From: Pseudodesulfovibrio piezophilus C1TLV30
Lineage (GTDB): Bacteria; Desulfobacterota; Desulfovibrionia; Desulfovibrionales; Desulfovibrionaceae
NCBI RefSeq assembly: GCF_000341895.1
Contig: NC_020409.1
Span: forward strand, 2,430,001-2,462,000
Length of the DNA stretch: 32,000 bases
Direction: 5' to 3'
Shown: one piece after another, positions 16,781-25,143 of the stretch
How positions within the stretch are numbered: the stretch's first letter is position 1
Layout: every line of letters starts with the position of its first letter
Notes under the pieces: model-generated
What the model saw: the letters and a program-made list of their open reading frames with translations, nothing else
Databases searched by the model: none
Told to the model about the DNA's origin: nothing
Position numbers and translations under genes: made by a program

Positions 16781-17869
16781 CTATGCGCCATCCTCGTATC
16801 TTTTTGCAATTTCTTTTCCTGTCAAGACGCGCAGTGCCCCGGCAGCCAGTGAGGACATTTCCTCATCGCCGGTAATTATCTCCACAGGGCCAAGGTACCG
16901 GACCAGTCGACTGATTTCCTGTATCAGAGGGGCGCTTTTGGCCAAACCTCCCGTCAGGATCACGGCGCAGAGGGCCATGTTTCCGTCCCTGTCCGCCAAA
17001 GCTGGGCCGAGAGAAGCTATATACTTGGCTATTCCATAAGCCAGTGCTTGAAAGACCGACCGTGCCTGGGGCTCTCCCCGGTCCATTCGTGTGACGACTT
17101 CTCGGAGGTCATTCGTTCCCAAATGAGCGAAGACGCCACCTTCTCGGAGAATCGTCTGTCGCATTTCGGCAAAAGAGGCTTTTCCGCTTTCGACCATATC
17201 GAGGACCGGGATCAAAGGCAGGGAGCCACTTCGCTCGGGGGAGAACGGGCCTTCGCCATCCAGGGCATTGATGACCTCCACCACTTTGCCCTGACGATGG
17301 GCACCGATGGAGATACCGCCGCCCATGTGACAGACGATGAAATTGGCCTGGTGATATTCAATCCCCAGTCGGGATGCTATTGTCCGTGCGGCTCCTCGTT
17401 GGTTGAGGGCGTGAAAAGTGCTTCGTCTCCGTATGGCAGGGTGTCCGGTGTAGCGGGCCTCCTCTGCCAGTTCGTCTGTGACGACAGGGTCAACTATGTA
17501 GGCCGGAACCTGCCATGCGTGCCCCAGTTCATCGGCCAGGATTGCCCCAAGGTTGCACGGATGCTCCCCATAGAGCGCTTCTCGCAAGTCGTGCAACATA
17601 GTGTCTGACACTTCGTAAACACCACCTTCCATGGGGCGCAGCAGACCACCTCGTCCAGCCACAGCGTCAATGGTCGCCGATTTTATATCTTCGTCTTTGA
17701 GCGCCTTTTTGATGATCATCATGCGGAAGTCCTTTTGATCAAGGACTCGTGGAAACTGCGCGAGTTCCGCTTTTTCGTGCTGAAATTCACGTGTCATGAT
17801 TGCTGTACGGTTTTCATACAAGGCAATTTTGGTGGAGGTGGAACCTGGATTAATAACAAGAATCCTCAT
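16781..17869 (-). CDS. buk: butyrate (short/branched-chain acyl) kinase
   Basis: MRILVINPGSTSTKIALYE, VAGRGGLLRP, PAYIVDPVVTDEL, HMGGGISIG, DGEGPFSPERSG and ILTGGLA match clostridial Buk almost motif for motif. Confidence 0.95.
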   Translation of the reverse strand: MRILVINPGSTSTKIALYENRTAIMTREFQHEKAELAQFPRVLDQKDFRMMIIKKALKDEDIKSATIDAVAGRGGLLRPMEGGVYEVSDTMLHDLREALYGEHPCNLGAILADELGHAWQVPAYIVDPVVTDELAEEARYTGHPAIRRRSTFHALNQRGAARTIASRLGIEYHQANFIVCHMGGGISIGAHRQGKVVEVINALDGEGPFSPERSGSLPLIPVLDMVESGKASFAEMRQTILREGGVFAHLGTNDLREVVTRMDRGEPQARSVFQALAYGIAKYIASLGPALADRDGNMALCAVILTGGLAKSAPLIQEISRLVRYLGPVEIITGDEEMSSLAAGALRVLTGKEIAKRYEDGA

Positions 17870-18810
17870 GATTCATTCCTTTGTGCGAGCAGGCTGGCAA
17901 GTGCTATGGAATGAAACTTGGTCGCGTCAGTGTCGCCTCTGGACGGGACCACCACCGGAACCTGGCTGCCGACAACCACAGCGGCCATGGTGCAGCCGGA
18001 AAGGGTCGTCAGTGCCTTGTAGAGAATGTTTCCGGCTTCGATATCCGGTGTGAGCAGAATGTCTGCCCGGCCTGCAACCGGGCTGTCGAAGCGTTTACTG
18101 CTGGCAACGGATTTGGATACGGCGAGGTCCAATGAAAGCGGTCCAAGCACTTCGGCATCCCCGAACTCTCCCTGTCGGGCCATTTTGGTTAGGATGTCTC
18201 CGTCCAAAGTGGCGGGCATGGCTGGGTAATTGATTTTTTCCGTTGCTGCGAGAATTGCAACTTTGGGCCGTACGATGCCGAGTTTGCGGGCTACATTCAG
18301 TGCGTTCTTGAGAATGTCTGCCTTGCGTTGCAGGCTGGGGGCAATGTTGACAGCCGGGTCGGTCATGATCATGAGACGCCCGTCCAATGGGGATTGGAAA
18401 AGTGAAACATGACTGAGAATGCAGCCAGGATTGGGAACCCCGGTTTTCTTGTTCAGAATTCCCTTGAGGAGCGATGCCGTGGACACCAGGCCTTTCATGA
18501 TGAACTGGGCTTCACCTGTTCGAAAGAGGCGGACAGCTTCGTTCACGGCCATCTGATCGTCAGGCATGTCTATGAACCGGAAAGGAGAAATGTCCAAACC
18601 ACGTTTCTCCGCCATTGAATAGGTTTCTTCCCTGTCCCCCACTAGGATGGGTTCGGCCACGCCCCGTTCGTAAGCATCCAGTCCGGCCTTGAGGACATGG
18701 TCTTCAGCCGATCGGGCAATGGCGACCTTGGGGAGGGGGGTGTTCAGGGTCTGATCCAGCGCGGCACGGACCAGCCCGTCAAGGCTTGTGATGGTATCAT
18801 GGAGAGGCAT
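17866..18810 (-). CDS. ptb: phosphate butyryltransferase (PTA_PTB family)
   Basis: ILVGD, FIMKGLVSTASLLKGIL, RPKVAILAATE, GPLSLDLAVS and VAGRADILLTPDIEAGNILYK. The stop overlaps the buk start by 4 nt (ATGA). Confidence 0.9.
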   Translation of the reverse strand: MPLHDTITSLDGLVRAALDQTLNTPLPKVAIARSAEDHVLKAGLDAYERGVAEPILVGDREETYSMAEKRGLDISPFRFIDMPDDQMAVNEAVRLFRTGEAQFIMKGLVSTASLLKGILNKKTGVPNPGCILSHVSLFQSPLDGRLMIMTDPAVNIAPSLQRKADILKNALNVARKLGIVRPKVAILAATEKINYPAMPATLDGDILTKMARQGEFGDAEVLGPLSLDLAVSKSVASSKRFDSPVAGRADILLTPDIEAGNILYKALTTLSGCTMAAVVVGSQVPVVVPSRGDTDATKFHSIALASLLAQRNES

Positions 18811-18813
18811 GAA

Positions 18814-19293
18814 TTATTCATCTCCCCGCTTGAGAGCGATCATGCCGGAACGGCAGAGAGATTTGATACCGTAAGGGACCAGCATCTGGATCAATCCTTC
18901 TATGCGCTCCTGGTCCCCGGAAAGCTCAACCGTGATCGTTTCCTGCCCCATACCCACGACATTGGCCCGAAAGACTTCAAAAATCTGCATCAGTTGCCCT
19001 GTGTTTCCGGGACTCATTGCTATCTTGATCATCACCAGTTCCCGATCTACAAAATCCTTGCGGGAGAGGTCATCTATCTGAATGATGGCATCCAGATTCT
19101 TCAGGGTTTGTTCTGCATCATCTATGGCTGCGTCGTTGCCTTCCAGCCGGATCACAATGCGTGAGATTTCGGCCTGTTCGGTTTCTCCGGCTGCCAGGGA
19201 AAGGATATTCGCTTCGGATTTGCTGAATTCCGTGGCAATGTCCGCCAGAACGCCTGGTTTGTTTTTCGCGAGAGCGGATAAAGTGCGTTTCAA
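18814..19293 (-). CDS. acetolactate synthase small (regulatory) subunit homologue, ACT + ALS_ss_C architecture
   Basis: KRTLSALAKNKPGVLADIATEF...ISRIVIRLEG aligns with my recollection of the IlvH N-terminal ACT domain. VDRELVMIKIA...EVFRANVV...ITVELSGDQERIEGLIQML..YGIKSLCRSGMIALKRG aligns with its C-terminal domain. I prefer TTG at 19293, which has an AAGGAG SD 7 nt upstream, over the track start at 19335. The stop lies 3 nt before the ptb start. Confidence 0.8.
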   Translation of the reverse strand: MKRTLSALAKNKPGVLADIATEFSKSEANILSLAAGETEQAEISRIVIRLEGNDAAIDDAEQTLKNLDAIIQIDDLSRKDFVDRELVMIKIAMSPGNTGQLMQIFEVFRANVVGMGQETITVELSGDQERIEGLIQMLVPYGIKSLCRSGMIALKRGDE

Positions 19294-19503
19294 GGCAAGG
19301 CTCCTTGGTTTGTGGCGTCGTGACGCCGTGCTCAATCAGTCTGAGTGTATGAAATACCGCTGGTCCGGGCAATGGAAAGCCGGGAGATTGGTCGCATTTA
19401 CTGCCGTGAAAAGCAACGTTTCCCAAGCTCGGGAGTGATACTTTGTTCGAAAAGTCGTCTCCTCCCTTGGCGCAACAGGTAAAGAGGTGTATGGTGCCAT
19501 ATC

Positions 19504-20928
19504 GTGATACATTATTTTCGTGAAAAACGCTGGTTCTTCGTGACCTTGCTCATTCAAGCCTTGATGCTGTTCGGTCCCATTCCCGAAGGCGTCTCCCCGG
19601 ATGGATGGCGGGTGCTGATCATGACCGTGGGCGCGACCATGCTCTTCATGACCGAGCCTATTCCGCTTCCGGCAGTGGCGTTGCTCATTATTCTGGGGCA
19701 GATATTTCTTTTGGGGCTGGACTCGACTTTGGTGGCGAAGTCCTTGATGAAAGATTCGGTTCTGTTCATCATGGGGTCGTTGATGCTCGCCGTGGCTCTG
19801 GTCAAACAGAAATTGGACAAGCGGTTGGCCCTGCTTATAGTGAGTGTGACGGGGGCGAGTACGTATCGTATCGCATTTGGTCTTTCTGTCTTTTCCGGGT
19901 TGCTGGCCTCTTTTATCGGGGAGCATACCGTGGCGGCGATGATGCTGCCGGTAGCCATGTCACTGCTCCAGTTGGCGACTGATGATGAAAATCAGCGTCG
20001 CGCCCTGGCAGTGCTTTTTCTTTTTTCTATTTCATATGCCTGCGCCATGGCCGGAATAGGGACGCCTTCCGGCGGAGCGCGGAATGCGATCATGATCGAC
20101 TACCTGAGGGGATTCTTTTTTGCCCCGGATGATCCGGCAACCTATGAGTACAAGGTCAGTTATCTTGACTGGATGCTCTATGCTTATCCGGTCTTTCTCG
20201 TGCAATTGCCGTTGATGCATTGGATATTGCGTTCCACTTTCAAGGTGGAGTTGTCCAGCCTGGACCAGGCCGTGGAAAAGCTCAAGGAGCAGGTGGGGAA
20301 AGAAGGCGCTTTGGCCGGGCGGCATTATGTGGCCATTACCCTCTTTCTGATCACATTGATCGGCTGGGTGGGCTTCTCGTCCCAAGTGGGCATGGGGACC
20401 ATTGCCCTTCTTGGTGCGGTGCTTTTTCTTGTGACCGGATTAGTCCGTTGGCAGGATATCAATTCCGGGGTGAACTGGGGTGTTGTTTTGCTTTATGCGG
20501 CCGCCATTTCTCTCGGTGTTCAGATGCGTGTCACTGGCGCTGCGGCCTGGGTAGCCGGGCTGTTCATGGATGGCTTATCTCCCCTCGGGCTTGACCGGGG
20601 TCTTGGATTGATGGCGGCCGTCATGATTCTGACAACCTTTATCACCAATACCATGAGCAATGGCGCTGCCGTGGCTGTTCTCGGTCCGGTTGTCCTGTCC
20701 ATTGCTGTGGGGTCCGAAACCAATCCTCTTGCCGTGGGTATGGTGACAGCTATCTCCAGTGCATTCGCCTATTTTACTGTAATCGGGACTCCTGCTTCCA
20801 CCATCGTATATTCATCGGGATACCTCCGACCGTCCGACTTTATGAAAGTGGGGTGGCGGATTGGGCTGATGTCCTTTATCGTGCTGTTGTTGGCATCGAA
20901 AATCTATTGGCCCCTGATTGGGCTGTAA
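19504..20928 (+). CDS. DASS/SLC13 family anion (di/tricarboxylate or sulfate-type) transporter
   Basis: 474-aa polytopic protein. It has the two re-entrant-loop-type motifs FMTEPIPLPAVALL and TNTMSNGAAVAVLGPV. The GTG start at 19504 is uncertain. Confidence 0.8.
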   Translation: MIHYFREKRWFFVTLLIQALMLFGPIPEGVSPDGWRVLIMTVGATMLFMTEPIPLPAVALLIILGQIFLLGLDSTLVAKSLMKDSVLFIMGSLMLAVALVKQKLDKRLALLIVSVTGASTYRIAFGLSVFSGLLASFIGEHTVAAMMLPVAMSLLQLATDDENQRRALAVLFLFSISYACAMAGIGTPSGGARNAIMIDYLRGFFFAPDDPATYEYKVSYLDWMLYAYPVFLVQLPLMHWILRSTFKVELSSLDQAVEKLKEQVGKEGALAGRHYVAITLFLITLIGWVGFSSQVGMGTIALLGAVLFLVTGLVRWQDINSGVNWGVVLLYAAAISLGVQMRVTGAAAWVAGLFMDGLSPLGLDRGLGLMAAVMILTTFITNTMSNGAAVAVLGPVVLSIAVGSETNPLAVGMVTAISSAFAYFTVIGTPASTIVYSSGYLRPSDFMKVGWRIGLMSFIVLLLASKIYWPLIGL

Positions 20929-20938
20929 GGAGTTCGTC

Positions 20939-21874
20939 ATGACGCAGGACGACCATAAACTTCATATCCTTATCTGCATAGGAGGCGGTCCTGAAGCCTT
21001 TACCGGGCTGAAATTCGTGCATCGTCTTGGCAAAGAAAGATGCATCGACATCAAGCTGCTCTACGTCCGGCCCATGGATAGCGGGTTCAAATCCGGTGGC
21101 ATGGAGGTGAAGGTGGCTCGGGAAAATGTCCTCGACTGGGGGATCGAGCTTCCGAGTATGACCCACTTGAATAAAGCGCGCGATATTCTGGTGGAGCTGG
21201 GTGAAATAGATATGGATGCTGGGGATGAGTGGCGTTATCGTGAACTTACTGGAGACCCTGCTGGTGAATTTGTTCTTGAATATCAAGCTGCAAGTGGCGG
21301 GAAAATTTCTCTTGCTCTACGAATGGCAGATGATGTGACTTCAGTTGTGGTGGATGAGGCCGATCGTATGGATGCGGATTTCATCATTGTCGGCGGGTCT
21401 GCCAAGCCTGTGGAGGGGCTGCGTCGCTATCTCACTCCCAAGGATCTGGCCATGAAGATTTCATCTCATTCTGATCATTCGGTGCTTATTGCCCGGAAGC
21501 TTGAACCTGGGCTTGGGTATATCGTGTGCGTACAGGATACGGACGTATGCTGGAAAATGCTTCCCAAGGCCATTCGCTACAGTATTACCTGTGATTGTCC
21601 CATCTCCCTGCTAGCCGTTGCTGAGGATGAAGAAGGAAAGGCCTCGGCGCAGAAGGCAGTGGAAAAAGCCGCCGAGATGTATCGACAGGCCGGGATGGAA
21701 CCTCATGAATTGTTAGTTGAAATCGGTGATCCAGCTGACATCATTACGGAGATCGGGTACGATTTTTCACTCATTATCATGGCTGAGTCTGAAAAGCCCT
21801 GGTTCGCCAAGGTCTTTAGCGTAGCACATGAAGTTGCTGCCAAGGCACGGAATTCCGTGCTTATCATCAAGTAA
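20939..21874 (+). CDS. tandem universal stress protein (UspA) domain protein
   Basis: ATG 20939 lies 6 nt after a TAAGGAG SD that contains the transporter stop codon. Two Usp-like halves end in ...ADFIIVGG...SVLIARK and ...FSLIIMAESEK...NSVLIIK. Confidence 0.7.
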   Translation: MTQDDHKLHILICIGGGPEAFTGLKFVHRLGKERCIDIKLLYVRPMDSGFKSGGMEVKVARENVLDWGIELPSMTHLNKARDILVELGEIDMDAGDEWRYRELTGDPAGEFVLEYQAASGGKISLALRMADDVTSVVVDEADRMDADFIIVGGSAKPVEGLRRYLTPKDLAMKISSHSDHSVLIARKLEPGLGYIVCVQDTDVCWKMLPKAIRYSITCDCPISLLAVAEDEEGKASAQKAVEKAAEMYRQAGMEPHELLVEIGDPADIITEIGYDFSLIIMAESEKPWFAKVFSVAHEVAAKARNSVLIIK

Positions 21875-21879
21875 CTCTT

Positions 21880-22737
21880 TTAGAGGTCAACCAGCTCTAC
21901 TTCATGTTCTGTAATGGGCGTGCCCAGAAATCGTGTTCCGGTTCGGGCGAAGCGGGCTGCGTCGTCAGTCGTCAGGTAGCGGGTCTCGCCGCATCCGTGG
22001 TTCGGGCGGAGCAGGGTCAGTCGTTCCAATTCGGCCTGAACAGTATCGGCTGTGGTGGCGGCGGAATCGACGATCCGTATTGAGGGGCTGAGAACACTGC
22101 GTATGGCAGGGGCAAGCAGGGGGAAGTGGGTACAGCCGAGGACCAGTGTGTCTGGTATCAGAGGGGATTCTGTTCCTGATGCCGGGTTGAATATTGCAGT
22201 GAGATATTTTGTCGCTACCGCTTCCGGAACATCTCCTTCAGTCCAACCTTCTTCAGCCAAAGCGACAAAGAGCGGGCAGGGATGTCCAATTATTCTGGCT
22301 TTGGGAGCGATGGCATGGATGGCACGCTGATATGCTCCGCCTGCAATGGTCGATTCCGTGGCGATAATGGCGATGGCGTTGTTGAGGGAAGCCCGACACG
22401 CGGCTTGTGCTCCCGGCTCCACAACCCCGATGACCGGAATACCAGGATAGGCTTCACGCAATGGTCCGATTGCCACGGCCGAGGCCGTATTACAGGCCAC
22501 TACGAGTAGCTTGATATCTCGCCTGACCAATTCGGCAGCGCATTGGACTGCATAGCGGCCCACCGTTTGCGGCGATTTGCTTCCATAGGGAAGCCGAGCG
22601 GTATCGCCAAGATATATGACATCTTCACACGGCAATCTCTCTTTAAGTGCCTTGAGAACAGTCAGTCCCCCAACGCCGGAATCGAACATGCCGATGGGAA
22701 GATGCGCCCTTGTATCCACGTTCCACGCTCCTTGCAC
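21880..22737 (-). CDS. murI: glutamate racemase
   Basis: IGMFDSGVGGLTVL, VVACNTAS and LGCTHFPLL include both catalytic Cys motifs. Confidence 0.95.
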   Translation of the reverse strand: MQGAWNVDTRAHLPIGMFDSGVGGLTVLKALKERLPCEDVIYLGDTARLPYGSKSPQTVGRYAVQCAAELVRRDIKLLVVACNTASAVAIGPLREAYPGIPVIGVVEPGAQAACRASLNNAIAIIATESTIAGGAYQRAIHAIAPKARIIGHPCPLFVALAEEGWTEGDVPEAVATKYLTAIFNPASGTESPLIPDTLVLGCTHFPLLAPAIRSVLSPSIRIVDSAATTADTVQAELERLTLLRPNHGCGETRYLTTDDAARFARTGTRFLGTPITEHEVELVDL

Positions 22738-22839
22738 GATTGTGTGGTGATCAGGACTCGGAATTCAACATATTTTCTTGAGAAAGTCTAAACTCTTGTT
22801 GAAGTAAAAAAAACGATCATAGAAAATTTTCTTATTAGA

Positions 22840-24120
22840 TCATTGATGGTTATCATCTTTTTCGTCGTGAGGGATGTTGGAATAGCCAAGCATTTTCTGC
22901 GCCCAATTACGTGATCGGGCATAGAGCAGATCGGCCTCGTCTGTTTCCATATCCAATTTCTGGATTGTTTTCAGTGTCTTTTTCCATTCACCCATTTCAT
23001 AGCTGGTGGCGAGATCAAGAAGATCACGGATTTCCCCTTCCGTAGTCAGACCCTGAATGATGGATTCATCAAGGGGGAGAGCCTTGAGGATATCATCCAT
23101 GTCCATTCCCAACATGGCGTCCAGAAGAGAGAACAAACCGGTTATGAACATGGTATCCGGTTGACATGCTTCAGAGGTGGATGCGGTACATATCGATTCC
23201 AGAAATTTAGCGCGTTGCACCGACATATATGCGAGTTCCCCGGCTTTGGGCGTGGGGTTGATATCCGATATGACGGCGGTTCTCAGCCAGTGTTTGGCCT
23301 GTATCATGCCCATCATGTCAATGGCTCGCTTGAGGGAGGTGACTTTGAAACGCAAGCCGTGCCCAACGGAATTGATATAACGAAAGAGTCGATAACTCAG
23401 GCTGGGGTCAGATTGGAGAATTTCGGCGAGACGTTTCGGATCGAAGTCGATGTTGGAAAGTTCACTGAGTAATTGAAGCTTGGTCATTTCATTGGATGAG
23501 AGTTTCTTGCCGGGAATGACTTCCGGTTTGCTGAAATAAAATCCTTGAAAGAGAGAAAACCCCAACGCTTTCAAAAGGGTGAAAATGTCAGCATTCTCCA
23601 CTTTCTCAGCCAGGAGTTGCACGCGTTCTACCGGAATGGATTTCAAGGCCTCGGCTATGCGGAGCGGGTTGGAGTCCAAAGCCAGGACGTCCACTTTGAC
23701 GATATCGGCCAAATCCATGAAGGGTTGAAGATGAGATTGGCCGGAGAAATCATCAATCGCTATGGTGTACCCTGCTTTCTTGAGTTTTTCGACTGCTTCC
23801 AGCGTTTCCGGTGTGGGGCGGACATGCTCAAGAATTTCGATGACGCAAATGTCCTTTGGCAGGGCGAATCCGATATCGTCAGCCAACATCTGTTCCGGGA
23901 AATTGATGAGAATATGCATGCCATCCGCCATACCTTCCATGGCCATGCTCAGGCCATCTGCTATGACTGAGGATGTCGCCATGGTTTCATCAGTAATGAT
24001 GGCGATATTCTCTTCACTGGTACGGAAAAGCAGTTCATACCCCCAGACGCTCTCGTCCGCATGAAAGATTGGTTGGCGGGCCACGAATATGGCTTCAATG
24101 ATGGGGGAATTTTCCGGCAT
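22840..24120 (-). CDS. EAL + HDOD domain protein (YuxH-like c-di-GMP phosphodiesterase type)
   Basis: FVARQPIFHADESVWGYELLFR, ILINFP, VIEILE, AIDDFSG, IVKVDV, LAEKVE and FQGFYFSKP give a full set of EAL catalytic motifs. A C-terminal HDOD-like region follows. I prefer ATG 24120 (MPENSP...) over the GTG at 24168, which lacks an SD. Confidence 0.85.
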   Translation of the reverse strand: MPENSPIIEAIFVARQPIFHADESVWGYELLFRTSEENIAIITDETMATSSVIADGLSMAMEGMADGMHILINFPEQMLADDIGFALPKDICVIEILEHVRPTPETLEAVEKLKKAGYTIAIDDFSGQSHLQPFMDLADIVKVDVLALDSNPLRIAEALKSIPVERVQLLAEKVENADIFTLLKALGFSLFQGFYFSKPEVIPGKKLSSNEMTKLQLLSELSNIDFDPKRLAEILQSDPSLSYRLFRYINSVGHGLRFKVTSLKRAIDMMGMIQAKHWLRTAVISDINPTPKAGELAYMSVQRAKFLESICTASTSEACQPDTMFITGLFSLLDAMLGMDMDDILKALPLDESIIQGLTTEGEIRDLLDLATSYEMGEWKKTLKTIQKLDMETDEADLLYARSRNWAQKMLGYSNIPHDEKDDNHQ

Positions 24121-24211
24121 GGCGTCTTTTCTCTGTTTTGTGTGAATCTTCGGCGTACTATGGATCACGAGACGCCATGGAGGAATTATAAAATTCGATG
24201 GGTTCGTTGGA

Positions 24212-25120
24212 TCAGCATTGAGATTTCGGCTTTGATTTGCGTCTTCTCAACCGTTTCATGAAACAGTCCAGATCGTCATGGCATTGCTTGAGGATACGAT
24301 CAAGGTAATCAAGGTTATTGTGAATTGCTTCGGCATAGAAATCGCGCTCGACATCCCACCGTTTGACAAAATAGGGAGTCATAAATCGGTCGACGTTCCC
24401 CAATTCCTGATCGAGGCGTTTTCGAGCGACATCCTGATAGAAATTTCGCGTCTTGTGGAGCAGTTCAAAGGGGGTTTCATAGCCTGGCAGTTTGGCTTCC
24501 TTGAATTCCTCGAAAAGCAGGAGTAATTTTTCGATATAATGGCGGTCGGCAATCTGGGCGAGCAGATCTGCGCTGCCGATGAAGTTGCCCATCATGCGCA
24601 TGTTCTCGGTGCGGAACGGTATATCGGCAGGGGACTGGGAGAGGATCGTGCATGTGATGCAATCGGCTATGTCAGCGATGTCTTCAATCGACAGGCACCC
24701 TTCGAGATTGGCCTGCATGAATTGGATGGATCGCTCCTCGTGACCGACTGTGTATTTGGCTCCGGTCCCATTGTCGTCATCAAGGGCTTGAATCAACCCG
24801 ACATCGTGAAAGAGCGCGGCCAGCAGCCCCTTTGTTATTTCACTGGTTGAGTATGTATGTCCTTCGGAAATGGCTCCATATATGAGACGCATGGTGGCCA
24901 GAGTCACCGAGCAGGTGTGCTCGAAGTCGTGATAGAGGGTATTGCTCGCCTTGTAGCCGGGATAGTGGCCGGAGAAGAGTTGTTTCACGTCATGAAAGGC
25001 CTGTTTGAACACGTGGCCGTGGTGGCTGGTAAAAAGTTCAGGCAGTGTTGTTTTCACTTCGCCGAGTACGCAGGAGGAGTCGGCTGGATTGACGAAATCA
25101 TAGAGCTTTTCATGATTCAT
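24212..25120 (-). CDS. HD-domain phosphohydrolase, unknown specificity
   Basis: YHDFEHTCSV ... ALFHDVGLI ... GSADLL is an H..HD..D pattern. 302 aa with a basic C-terminal tail. The gene sits between the HD-GYP and EAL genes. Confidence 0.7.
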   Translation of the reverse strand: MNHEKLYDFVNPADSSCVLGEVKTTLPELFTSHHGHVFKQAFHDVKQLFSGHYPGYKASNTLYHDFEHTCSVTLATMRLIYGAISEGHTYSTSEITKGLLAALFHDVGLIQALDDDNGTGAKYTVGHEERSIQFMQANLEGCLSIEDIADIADCITCTILSQSPADIPFRTENMRMMGNFIGSADLLAQIADRHYIEKLLLLFEEFKEAKLPGYETPFELLHKTRNFYQDVARKRLDQELGNVDRFMTPYFVKRWDVERDFYAEAIHNNLDYLDRILKQCHDDLDCFMKRLRRRKSKPKSQC

Positions 25121-25143
25121 GGCGGAACCGGTTAGACCTTGTC

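Noticed and set aside
19494-19499. TGGCAC on the minus strand upstream of the ACT-ptb-buk operon, considered as a sigma54 -24 element.
   Set aside because: The required TTGC -12 element is absent at the correct spacing; the sequence reads TGGCAC-CATAC-ACCT. Other GG..GC candidates in the divergent region have N11 rather than N10 spacing.
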